In this document: piece by piece, positions 36,321 to 44,272 of the stretch
Numbering within the stretch: the stretch's first letter is position 1
How the letters are laid out: the number at the start of each line of letters is the position of its first letter
Virus record (IMG/VR): IMGVR_UViG_3300037692_000137
Location: 1-64,000 of that record
Direction: 5' to 3' (one strand)
DNA from: a virus
Lineage: Duplodnaviria > Caudoviricetes
DNA length: 64,000 nucleotides
Notes under the pieces: model-generated
The model's input: only the letters and a program-made list of their open reading frames with translations
Told to the model about the DNA's origin: nothing
Database searches by the model: none
Translations under genes and position numbers: made by a program

Positions 36321-36410
36321 CCCCCTCCTCCAAAGTCTGCCGTAGTCACTCGACTTCGCTCTGATATGTAATCAGAACCGGGATGTTTATCCCGCTAAGG
36401 AGAAGGGTTA
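36321..36410 (-). ncRNA. unassigned multi-hairpin structured RNA directly 3' of tRNA-Tyr
   Basis: The closing stem CCCTTCTCC/GGAGGAGGG encloses CGGGAT/ATCCCG, TTCTGAT/ATCAGAG and AAGTC/GACTT helices. The wobbles are consistent with the - strand only. Confidence 0.5.
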
Positions 36411-36426
36411 AGTAAGGGGGTTGTTG

Positions 36427-36513
36427 TGGAGAGAGGAGGATTCGAACCTCCGGGTTCAGCACAACGGCGGTGGTTTTACAGACCACTCCCTTCAACCGCT
36501 CGGGCATCTCTCC
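36427..36513 (-). tRNA. tRNA-Tyr(GUA)
   Basis: Acceptor GGAGAGA/TCTCTCC, stem-loop GTGGT-CTGTAAA-ACCAC, long variable arm, A73; CCA not encoded. Confidence 0.93.
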
Positions 36514-36546
36514 ATTTTTATGTTTAGTAGCATAGCATAAAATTAC

Positions 36547-36834
36547 TTAGCCGTCAATAGTTTCTTTTAATATTAAAGTTTCTAATAATGGCGGCAATTG
36601 ATTAAAAGAATTTAAAACTACCTCCCCAGTAGCTACATTTTTTGTTTCTATATACGTAGAATACGTAGTACCTCTATTAGAGCCTGCGTGTTTAATTGGA
36701 ACAGAAAATGTTATTTTATCTCCAATTTTTAGATCTTTAAATAAACGGGCCTTAGTTTTACGTAGAATTTTTGCTACTACTAATATGTTGCTTTTTAATA
36801 GTATATCATTCATTTTATACTCCTTAATAAACAT
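36547..36834 (-). CDS. hypothetical protein
   Basis: ORF downstream of a sigma70 promoter. Confidence 0.65.
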   Translation of the reverse strand: MFIKEYKMNDILLKSNILVVAKILRKTKARLFKDLKIGDKITFSVPIKHAGSNRGTTYSTYIETKNVATGEVVLNSFNQLPPLLETLILKETIDG

Positions 36835-36861
36835 ATTACTTTATTGTGGTATATGTTTATT

Positions 36862-36890
36862 AGTATACCATACGCTGTAATCATTGTCAA
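36862..36890 (-). promoter_or_regulatory. sigma70-type promoter
   Basis: TTGACA, 17 nt, TATACT with a TG extended -10. Confidence 0.8.
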
Positions 36891-36891
36891 C

Positions 36892-37395
36892 CTAAAATCT
36901 TTTTGGTATTAAATTAGGGTTGTCCGGTCTATTAGCCATTATCTCCGTAAGCTTGGTAAAAGATACGGGATAAAAATTATTGTTATCTACACCAACATCC
37001 CAACTCTTACCAATAGGCGGTAGTTTGCCATGACTGTGCCCGTAAAGATTCCAACTATTATAGTGACTCGCATTCCATACTCGTAAACTATAATGAGAAC
37101 AAACTATCTTCTGTCCTTCAATAGTACGTTCCCAAATATCACCATAGAATTTATCCTTTTTATGGTCGTGATTACCGCGAAGAAAGACGTGGCTACCATT
37201 AAGTTGTCGCACATATTTCTCACGTGGCTGAAAGCTAAAATCACCGACGTGGATAACCACATCCCCATCCTTAACTACTTCATTGTGTCTACGTATAATT
37301 TCATCATTCATTTCTTGCACATCTTTGAAAGGCCTATTTAAGTACCTAATTATGTTACTATGCCCGTAGTGGCAGTCACCGCTAAAAAAATACAT
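36892..37395 (-). CDS. calcineurin-like metallophosphoesterase
   Basis: Motifs GDCHYGH, VGDFS, GNHD, SHY and GHSHG. Confidence 0.9.
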   Translation of the reverse strand: MYFFSGDCHYGHSNIIRYLNRPFKDVQEMNDEIIRRHNEVVKDGDVVIHVGDFSFQPREKYVRQLNGSHVFLRGNHDHKKDKFYGDIWERTIEGQKIVCSHYSLRVWNASHYNSWNLYGHSHGKLPPIGKSWDVGVDNNNFYPVSFTKLTEIMANRPDNPNLIPKRF

Positions 37396-37398
37396 AGC

Positions 37399-38034
37399 TT
37401 AATACCTCATCCATTGTTTCTTTTTTTTAGTACAATCTTTCCAACAAGTAGTATGAGAGTCACCTCTATGCATATCATCCCACGAGTTTGGTAAGTTCTT
37501 TACATTCCTACAAGCTCGCACATAGGGGTTACACCCACAACTTAGCCGGCGTTCTTGTGTTGTTTTGGGGCGCTTATAGTATTGATTAAAATGCCACCTT
37601 CTTTTTCTTGTATAAGGAACAGGCCCATTACGAAAACCTAACCATTCATACTCTTTAAACCTGTTACGTTTAGTATACTTTTTAGGCACATAATTGTCAA
37701 GATCTTTTTTTATTTTTTCTGTGTTTATTACCCTAAAATTAGCATCTAATAAGATAAGCTCTATCTTATCTTTGACATCTTTACCTAACCAACCACCAGG
37801 CTTCTCAGGAACAAAGTGGATGTAGGTGTCATTCCAGTTGTTGCCAATGTTTTGTGATAACACCGTAGCAATACTTTTTGGGCGAAAATATTCACGTAAT
37901 GTTTTTCTGTTAGGATCAAGCCATTGGCGTTTGCGGTATCTAGCTAATAAAAAGTCTGCGTAAGATTTGAACTCCTCATAGTTGTTATCCCTATCAACCA
38001 AATAAACTCTTACATCTTTATTAATTGTGTGCAT
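37399..38034 (-). CDS. basic hypothetical protein
   Basis: 211 aa Arg/Lys/Trp-rich ORF with a GGAG RBS. Confidence 0.7.
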   Translation of the reverse strand: MHTINKDVRVYLVDRDNNYEEFKSYADFLLARYRKRQWLDPNRKTLREYFRPKSIATVLSQNIGNNWNDTYIHFVPEKPGGWLGKDVKDKIELILLDANFRVINTEKIKKDLDNYVPKKYTKRNRFKEYEWLGFRNGPVPYTRKRRWHFNQYYKRPKTTQERRLSCGCNPYVRACRNVKNLPNSWDDMHRGDSHTTCWKDCTKKKKQWMRY

Positions 38035-38115
38035 TTAGACTCTCCTTTAAGTTAAAGTTAATAAACTTAAAGGATGTCTTGTACGTAATAGTATAGTATT
38101 TTATGTTTCATAATA

Positions 38116-38352
38116 TTAATCTGTCTCTAATAGTAAATTTGTATAGTAAACTAATTCTTTTTTTACTCCGGCCATATAACAACCCTTACCATGTCTACCA
38201 TCTATACTTATTTGTACATTTGTTTTGTCACACCCTTTACAAAAAGGATATGGATTAGGGGGTTTGGTGTACCATGAGTCATACAATTTACTTTCTAATT
38301 TACGCACCCTATCTTGTAGCCTCTCGCGTGTACTCATATGGTTGGCCTTCAT
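38116..38352 (-). CDS. hypothetical protein
   Basis: ORF with C..C and H...C; AAAGGAG RBS. Confidence 0.6.
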   Translation of the reverse strand: MKANHMSTRERLQDRVRKLESKLYDSWYTKPPNPYPFCKGCDKTNVQISIDGRHGKGCYMAGVKKELVYYTNLLLETD

Positions 38353-38407
38353 GTTAACTCCTTTAGCGCAGTTTATTTAACTCAAAGACAGTGTGCTTAT
38401 GAATCAA

Positions 38408-38493
38408 TGGCGGAGGAAGTAGGATTCGAACCCACGGAACTTTCGTTCAACGGTTTTCAAGACCGCCGCCTTCAACCACTCGGCCATTCCTCC
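38408..38493 (-). tRNA. tRNA-Ser(UGA)
   Basis: Acceptor GGAGGAA/TTCCTCC, loop CT-TGA-AA, long variable arm, G73, encoded CCA. Confidence 0.95.
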
Positions 38494-38500
38494 TGCTCAG

Positions 38501-38548
38501 TATAATATAGGCTACTAGAGTCTAACCCCTCTAGTAGCCTATATTATA
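38501..38548. repeat. perfect 20-bp inverted repeat
   Basis: TATAATATAGGCTACTAGAG, 8-nt loop, CTCTAGTAGCCTATATTATA, between the cytochrome gene and tRNA-Ser. Confidence 0.9.
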
Positions 38549-38575
38549 TACTTAATTACCTATTAACTTACATAA

Positions 38576-39370
38576 TTACTTTGTTGTATGGCATCTGGTA
38601 CAAGTGATATTACGTTTTGCATGTGTATCATGAAGTCCGCTATTCCAAGTTTTCCTACTGTGGCAGGTGCTACATAAGTTTTGCCACGGAGTCATAATAA
38701 AACCAGTAGGGTCAACGGTACCTGTATCCGGAGTAGGGGTAGTGCCTGTGTCCTCGTCAACTCCATCTTTTACTTCACCCGAGCCCACTTTAACGTGACA
38801 GTCCAAGCAGCCCTGATGTATAAGGTATTTCTCTTTCTTAAAACCAGGCGTTGCATGTGGATAATGACACATTTTACATGTTATAATATCCCCCTTTAGC
38901 AGTACAGCGATACCTCCTCCAGACACAATATCGTCACCACTCATTGGGTCTTTAACAAACCCCCCATTTCCGTCAGCTACTTTTCTACCATTAAATAAGA
39001 AGTCGTATTGAGCACAGATAAACTTGTCGAATGCAACCACCGAATCCTTCCCATTATGACAGCCTCTGCATACACCAACACCCTCACGCTTTACTCTCTC
39101 ACCATGATTTACTCCGTGTGCGTTGCCGGGTGATGGTAAAAACTCAGTAACAGTTGAACCTGAGTCTGGACATTCTGGACAAACGGGGTCCGGACATTCT
39201 GGACAAACTAGATCTTTGCATTCCTCGCACGGAGGACACTCCTTAACTTTCTTTTCTTGTTTATAAGACTCTCTATCGCGTTTATGCTCATCATCCTTAG
39301 CAATAGACGTACCCACCACCATAAAACTAAAACAGATTAAGATTGTTATGATACTTAACAATTTATTCAT
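38576..39370 (-). CDS. secreted multiheme (penta-heme) c-type cytochrome
   Basis: Sec signal peptide, five CxxCH motifs (CRGCH, CKMCH, CLDCH, CSTCH, CTRCH), extra His ligands, and a CPECPD repeat linker. Confidence 0.85.
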   Translation of the reverse strand: MNKLLSIITILICFSFMVVGTSIAKDDEHKRDRESYKQEKKVKECPPCEECKDLVCPECPDPVCPECPDSGSTVTEFLPSPGNAHGVNHGERVKREGVGVCRGCHNGKDSVVAFDKFICAQYDFLFNGRKVADGNGGFVKDPMSGDDIVSGGGIAVLLKGDIITCKMCHYPHATPGFKKEKYLIHQGCLDCHVKVGSGEVKDGVDEDTGTTPTPDTGTVDPTGFIMTPWQNLCSTCHSRKTWNSGLHDTHAKRNITCTRCHTTK

Positions 39371-39510
39371 GCGTTCCTCCTTTGTTTTGTAATTATTTAA
39401 ATAGAGTTTATGTTGTTCCTATCCATACCAACGGTTAGTTTGTTATGAATAAGCATTAAATCCTGCTTCTAACTATAGGTAGCTTACTTAAAACGTTAAG
39501 TTACAGGTTA

Positions 39511-39538
39511 AGTATAACACATTTAAAAATATTGTCAA
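39511..39538 (-). promoter_or_regulatory. sigma70-type promoter upstream of the cytochrome gene
   Basis: TTGACA, 16 nt, TATACT. Confidence 0.7.
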
Positions 39539-40482
39539 TTGCTTTTAAGCTTTTTAAGTAAAAATTGTCCACATGCTGCTTTTATCTCTGATCCAGTAGA
39601 CACCTGATATTTTAATTTATTAACACTTTTTGAAAGTGTATCTACTATAATATTAAATTTCTCCGACTCTTTAAAAGCAGAGCCCCCACAAGAATTAAAA
39701 CGTAAAATACGCAATTCCTTATTATGATTAATTGGACTAGTCATAAAAGTAATAAGCCCTTTAATCTCTTCTAAGTAGTCATTACGTAGGTGTAAAAAAA
39801 CCTGGTGATATATTATGTCTACACCAGCTAATGCTGAAAGAGTACTTAAATCAGCCACAGCATTTATTATAGGTACGGTACCAGGTATCAAATTATTACG
39901 TGTTTTTTGAAAAGTAGAATGTAATGAATAGAATAACCTAAAAGGGCTTCTACCATCAACGTGTTCTGGATTAACATCATACACTTTTAAAGCTGAGTTC
40001 AAGTCTATAAATTTATTAAAATAAATATTTTTTACATTAGGGTATACAGTAGATAAGTCTACTCCATCCAAACCTTTTGCATAACCATTAGCAAAAATCC
40101 AGTTAAGTACGTTTATAGAAACCTGGTATACAATATCCCCATGAGGTAAAGCGTCGCCCATACCCATCCAGGAAAATTTTATATACTTATCTTTAAGTTC
40201 AGGTTTATGTGCTACTTCTGCCGTTATTGCATCTTTAACATTTTGCTCTATTTGTTTAGCAGTTAATTTTGTATAACCACATTTCTTTAATGTTAGGTAA
40301 CAAAAAGCACAATTCATAGCACACCCTGCTGATATAGAAACAAACACAGAGTACTTATTCCTAGCTGTTGCTGTTACACCAACTATGTTATTACAAGAAC
40401 TTACGGTTTTTATAGCGGTTTCTGAGCCGTCGTTATGTATGTACTTAGTCACTTGATTGTCCTTTGTTCTATAAACTTCCAT
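39535..40482 (-). CDS. RlmN/Cfr-like radical SAM enzyme, N-terminally shortened, lacking the C118-equivalent
   Basis: GCAMNCAFC, MGMGD, LST, SLHS, ND, FN and G.EIKAACGQ match the RlmN layout. FVSISAGC aligns with RlmN CVSSQVGC. Confidence 0.82.
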   Translation of the reverse strand: MEVYRTKDNQVTKYIHNDGSETAIKTVSSCNNIVGVTATARNKYSVFVSISAGCAMNCAFCYLTLKKCGYTKLTAKQIEQNVKDAITAEVAHKPELKDKYIKFSWMGMGDALPHGDIVYQVSINVLNWIFANGYAKGLDGVDLSTVYPNVKNIYFNKFIDLNSALKVYDVNPEHVDGRSPFRLFYSLHSTFQKTRNNLIPGTVPIINAVADLSTLSALAGVDIIYHQVFLHLRNDYLEEIKGLITFMTSPINHNKELRILRFNSCGGSAFKESEKFNIIVDTLSKSVNKLKYQVSTGSEIKAACGQFLLKKLKSN

Positions 40483-40609
40483 AAGTAAACACCCCCGCCC
40501 TAACTATGGTTATTAATAAAAAAACGGCAGAGAAAAGTGGCTAAACTATTTTTTGATTTCTGATTAATAGTCAGAATGAAGTAAGTATAGCCTACACTAC
40601 TGTCGTTTG

Positions 40610-40684
40610 CGCTGTGTACAGGATTCGAACCTGCGAGTTGCCGACTAGAAAGGCCGGTGTCTTAAACCACTTGACTAACACAGC
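40610..40684 (-). tRNA. tRNA-Glu(UUC) with U at position 37
   Basis: Acceptor GCTGTGT/ACACAGC, stem-loop CCGGC-CTTTCTA-GTCGG, GGTTCGAAT, G73; CCA not encoded. Confidence 0.88.
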
Positions 40685-40697
40685 GTAAAGTATAAAC

Positions 40698-41084
40698 TTA
40701 AACTTTTAACTTTGTCTTAGTTAATCCATAGTTTGTCATAAAACTTATTACAAGCTCATTAATATTTATTGGTGTATTGTATGCTGAATCTAGCGCATAT
40801 AATGTTGCGTTGTATCTACCATAAATCTTAGGATCTTTTGACGTTTGTACATACAAAGAGTCTTTGTACTTGTCTAAAAGTTCTGTTAAATAACTAGAAA
40901 CCTTTTTACCAGCAGCTAATTCTGCCTCGTTGGATGGGCGCCAGGTTTCCGGTGCGTCAAAACCAGCTAAACGGTGCTTAGATGTGTGGTATGTATTATG
41001 CCCTAAGTCTATACATAATTCTACAGTATCACCATCTAAAACTCTTCTAACTTCTGCAACTTTTCTTATATAAGCGTCAATCAT
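40698..41084 (-). CDS. thermonuclease (SNase-like)
   Basis: V.RVLDGDT.....DLG......RLAGFDAPE...YGRY. The start is reassigned to ATG 41084. Confidence 0.85.
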   Translation of the reverse strand: MIDAYIRKVAEVRRVLDGDTVELCIDLGHNTYHTSKHRLAGFDAPETWRPSNEAELAAGKKVSSYLTELLDKYKDSLYVQTSKDPKIYGRYNATLYALDSAYNTPININELVISFMTNYGLTKTKLKV

Positions 41085-41086
41085 AG

Positions 41087-41248
41087 TCACCTTCCAATAA
41101 AAAAGTTTGGCCACAGTAAAGAAAATAGGAGCAACTCTCTTAGAGTTACACGCTCGCCAGCAAACCAAGTGGCTGCTAAGCCAAACCCCATACCTATAAT
41201 AATATAAAATAGCGCAAGCATCAGCAATACTGTAAGCATTTTAATCAT
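41087..41248 (-). CDS. small membrane protein
   Basis: Own translation, 53 aa, hydrophobic, with a GAGG RBS. Confidence 0.55.
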   Translation of the reverse strand: MIKMLTVLLMLALFYIIIGMGFGLAATWFAGERVTLRELLLFSLLWPNFFIGR

Positions 41249-41277
41249 ATGTATATACCTCACACGATTATATTTAT

Positions 41278-41847
41278 TTATCCCTTTAAAATTAACTCTT
41301 TTGCATATTCAAAGTGTTTTAATACATCTTTGAATTTGGGGCTCTTTTCTCCACCTGTTCTTAACAGATATGACGGGTGATACGTGGGTACAGCATAAAT
41401 ACCTTTGGCATACTCGTACAAGCACCCCTGCATTGAACTTAAGGTTTGCTTTGCATCTAAATTTAGCATAGTGCCAGCAGCATCTTTACCAAGAAGCAAT
41501 ATTACTTTTGGCTTAAGTATGTTTACCTGCATTATTATATATGGTAAACAAGCATCTATCCAGTCCTTTTGTAGTGGCTGGCCAGCAGCCAAGTAGCACT
41601 TAACTAAATTAGTGATGTATACATCTTCATAAGTTAAAGATGTTCTAGCTAAAATTACATCAAGTAGTTTACCGGCTCTACCAACAAAAGGTATACCGAC
41701 TTTGTTCTCTTCGTCTGCTGGCACCATACCACATATAAGCAGTTTAGCAGTAGGATTTCCTTTATCAAAGACGGGAAGCAAGCGCCCTTCATGTAGTGAA
41801 CAAGCAGTACATTCCGCTGCCATATAGTATAAGGTAATTAAATCCAT
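41278..41847 (-). CDS. uracil-DNA glycosylase, family 4-like (Fe-S)
   Basis: C..C.L, G.P.A, PFVGRAGKLL, YITNLVKC, C..Y and YHPSYLLR. Motif A is GMVP rather than GEAP. Confidence 0.88.
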   Translation of the reverse strand: MDLITLYYMAAECTACSLHEGRLLPVFDKGNPTAKLLICGMVPADEENKVGIPFVGRAGKLLDVILARTSLTYEDVYITNLVKCYLAAGQPLQKDWIDACLPYIIMQVNILKPKVILLLGKDAAGTMLNLDAKQTLSSMQGCLYEYAKGIYAVPTYHPSYLLRTGGEKSPKFKDVLKHFEYAKELILKG

Positions 41848-41870
41848 TTAGTTACTTCCTTAATGTTTTA

Positions 41871-42284
41871 TTAAACACACTTTTTAGCTAAAATCAATTC
41901 CAGGCCAGGGTTTTTAATAGACTGTTCCACTAGTGCCCTAGTCTCATTAAAAATTTCTAAACTGATTATATCATTTATTTCAGTCTCTGTCAAGTCAATA
42001 TCTGACTTTTCTTTCTTAATGCAGCCCAATGTTTTACCTCTTCTGGTGATACAAGAATGAATACCCTTCTTAGTACTGTCAGAAAATTTACTTCTATTAA
42101 GTAGACGTAATGCTGCTGTGTAATGAGCGCAATCATTAACTGGAAAACTTGATCCAGGTCCGCAAAAAGTTGATTTCTTTAACTTTTTTCTTTCCTTGGT
42201 AGTTAATTTAGCTGCGTCTTCTTTACCAAGAGCGGCGCGTGCTCTTTTTAGTAGTTGATCTAATGCATCTAAAAACTCACTCAT
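41871..42284 (-). CDS. hypothetical phage protein
   Basis: KLT.KERKKL..S.FC.P...FPV.D.AH..AA, a pattern I recall from small phage domains (unverified). Confidence 0.7.
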   Translation of the reverse strand: MSEFLDALDQLLKRARAALGKEDAAKLTTKERKKLKKSTFCGPGSSFPVNDCAHYTAALRLLNRSKFSDSTKKGIHSCITRRGKTLGCIKKEKSDIDLTETEINDIISLEIFNETRALVEQSIKNPGLELILAKKCV

Positions 42285-42295
42285 GACAGTTCTCC

Positions 42296-42922
42296 TTATC
42301 TGGATAAATAAACTAATTTATCATTTTGTATATACTCGTTAAATAGAGCAAAAAATTTATTTGCATATTCTATTGGAGTATATTTATCAAACCAGCACAA
42401 AATTGTGCCATCTTTAGCTAGTACTTTTTTAGCTGCCTGTACCATATCCTCTATAGCCGGCAATGTTTCTTCATCTATATGTGAGTAAAAGTCAATAAAT
42501 ATAAAATCATATTTCCTGCTTGTTTGATACATATAAACAAGACCGTCGCTGTTTATAATCCTATGTTTACTTTCATCGTAACGTAACCATCTATTATCCC
42601 TAGAACCATTATCTAGTAAAGCACTAACTTTTCTTTGTACATTTATTACGTCTGGGTTTTTTTCAATAGTAGTTAGAGACATAACCTCTGGTTTAGTTAA
42701 AATACATCTGGAGGCTATACCAAGCCCTAAACCTATTTCTAAGCAATTACCTTTTGGAAAGCCCCATAATTGCTCTATGTAATCGCTGACCTCACTTTCT
42801 AACGCCCAAAGATTGTGGCCAGTGCCTATTTCTAGGTATAGCTCATTATTCATATTGTAAACTCTTGCGGTGTTGTGCTCCGCTACGAGCTCGCCGTCGT
42901 TGAAATAAAGTAGTCCATCCAT
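42296..42922 (-). CDS. class I SAM-dependent methyltransferase (spermidine-synthase-like fold)
   Basis: Motifs CLEIGLGLG, TIEKN, DG..YM and YDFIFIDFY. Confidence 0.8.
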   Translation of the reverse strand: MDGLLYFNDGELVAEHNTARVYNMNNELYLEIGTGHNLWALESEVSDYIEQLWGFPKGNCLEIGLGLGIASRCILTKPEVMSLTTIEKNPDVINVQRKVSALLDNGSRDNRWLRYDESKHRIINSDGLVYMYQTSRKYDFIFIDFYSHIDEETLPAIEDMVQAAKKVLAKDGTILCWFDKYTPIEYANKFFALFNEYIQNDKLVYLSR

Positions 42923-42988
42923 TTTGGCAGCTCCCGTATGTATGGTTATAGTACAAAAACATATTTTAGCCTATCTAGTGCTTAATTA

Positions 42989-43243
42989 TTATTTAGGTAT
43001 ATCGATGACCCTATCAAATTCAAACACTAAATTTATACTCACTGCTTCTGCTTTTGTATTATCAAAAGCTACTGGGGCACCGCCCTCATCTGTTGATATA
43101 ATGGGCTTTTTATAACGTATACCCACATTACCATTTTTAGCCACAGGTAGATAAATATCTAATAATGCGGCTATTTCAGCCCTAACATAATTGGGCCAAT
43201 CAGTAGTTGTTTCTTTTTCTAGGAGTGCTTCATTAGTTTCCAT
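42989..43243 (-). CDS. hypothetical protein
   Basis: 84 aa ORF in a co-oriented run. Confidence 0.6.
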   Translation of the reverse strand: METNEALLEKETTTDWPNYVRAEIAALLDIYLPVAKNGNVGIRYKKPIISTDEGGAPVAFDNTKAEAVSINLVFEFDRVIDIPK

Positions 43244-43247
43244 AAAC

Positions 43248-43730
43248 TTAATTCTCCACTAATTGTTTCTTATCTTTAGCCGCATCTTTTTCTTGATCAT
43301 ATACAGCACTTACTAAAGAAACAAGATTACGGCCCCATTCAGGATCATCCGCATTTAGTTCAAGCTCCATATAGAAGTCACTAATCTCATGATCAACTAT
43401 TTTAGGAGTTCCTTTCTCGTCGATAAACACGTGACGCATTTCATGTGACATTAATCTCTTTTTATCTGCCGCGGATGACAGTTCCCAGGCTTTATGATCA
43501 ACAATTATGATGTAATCGTAACCCTCCAACGCCTTATCGTCCTGTGTGAAGAATCTAATTTTAGGGGATGCAAGTTCGATGCTAGCCAAACAAACCTTAC
43601 CTTTACTGATACGTTTTTTTGTATCATATATTAGCCTAAAGTTCAAATTAGCTAAATTAGGAAAACGTTCTTCAACAACATTAAGAAAAACCTCAACCAA
43701 GCTTTCGTCACAATCAATATACCTACTCAT
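43248..43730 (-). CDS. putative phage metallopeptidase
   Basis: YDYIIIVD...W......K.RLMSHEMRH...IVDHEISDF (HExxH). Confidence 0.75.
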   Translation of the reverse strand: MSRYIDCDESLVEVFLNVVEERFPNLANLNFRLIYDTKKRISKGKVCLASIELASPKIRFFTQDDKALEGYDYIIIVDHKAWELSSAADKKRLMSHEMRHVFIDEKGTPKIVDHEISDFYMELELNADDPEWGRNLVSLVSAVYDQEKDAAKDKKQLVEN

Positions 43731-43795
43731 ATTTTTTCCTTTAGTCCTTTAATAAAATGTTAAAAATCCTGAATCTACCTTGCTATAATACATAA

Positions 43796-43912
43796 TTACT
43801 TTCTACCATACTTTTTATCGTAGTACTCTTTTAAAGCAGCTATGTCTTTATTAGTTGGTTTATTGTTACCCCTTACCACGCTTTGTTCTTTCGCTGTACT
43901 AACTTCTTGCAT
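43796..43912 (-). CDS. small hypothetical protein
   Basis: Own translation, 38 aa, with an AAGGAG RBS, below a sigma70 promoter. Confidence 0.45.
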   Translation of the reverse strand: MQEVSTAKEQSVVRGNNKPTNKDIAALKEYYDKKYGRK

Positions 43913-43960
43913 TTTACTTTTTCTCCTTATAGATGATTAACTCATATATAATCTATAATC

Positions 43961-43989
43961 AGTATAACCCTTAGTAGTTTATTAGTCAA
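43961..43989 (-). promoter_or_regulatory. sigma70-type promoter
   Basis: TTGACT, 17 nt, TATACT. Confidence 0.7.
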
Positions 43990-43992
43990 CAG

Positions 43993-44253
43993 TTAATTTA
44001 TTTTATCTTGTAATTTTTTGCCACAGATTGGACAGTAGTGTATATTTATGCCGTAGGTATAAACTCGTGTATGACTAATCTCATTAGTCATTTCTTTCCA
44101 AGAAAGGACCCAACCGTATGGTTCTATCCATTGAAAAACTGAAGGATTTTTTTCAGCAATGCTTCTGCCATCCTCACAACTACAAAAAATCATAGAACAC
44201 CTTGAGTGTGTTTGGTTTGAAAAAGAATATTGCGGGGCTTTTAATGGCCCCAC
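43993..44253 (-). CDS. small zinc-finger hypothetical protein
   Basis: CSC...CPICGKKL; the true start is probably internal. Confidence 0.55.
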   Translation of the reverse strand: MGPLKAPQYSFSNQTHSRCSMIFCSCEDGRSIAEKNPSVFQWIEPYGWVLSWKEMTNEISHTRVYTYGINIHYCPICGKKLQDKIN

Positions 44254-44272
44254 AAATTAGCCACTTGTTACA

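Noticed and set aside
36321-36410. Element read as tRNA-Sec or another true tRNA
   Set aside because: It has no UCA anticodon, no T-loop consensus and no CCA end, so it is kept only as an unassigned structured RNA.
39535-40482. Calling the enzyme Cfr (antibiotic resistance) or canonical RlmN
   Set aside because: It lacks the C118/C105-equivalent resolving cysteine and the N-terminal domain needed by both characterised enzymes.
40640-40660. tRNA at 40610-40684 read as an amber suppressor because the loop contains CUA
   Set aside because: The 5-bp stem fixes a 7-nt loop CUUUCUA, so positions 34-36 are UUC. CUA occupies 36-38, and G73 fits Glu.
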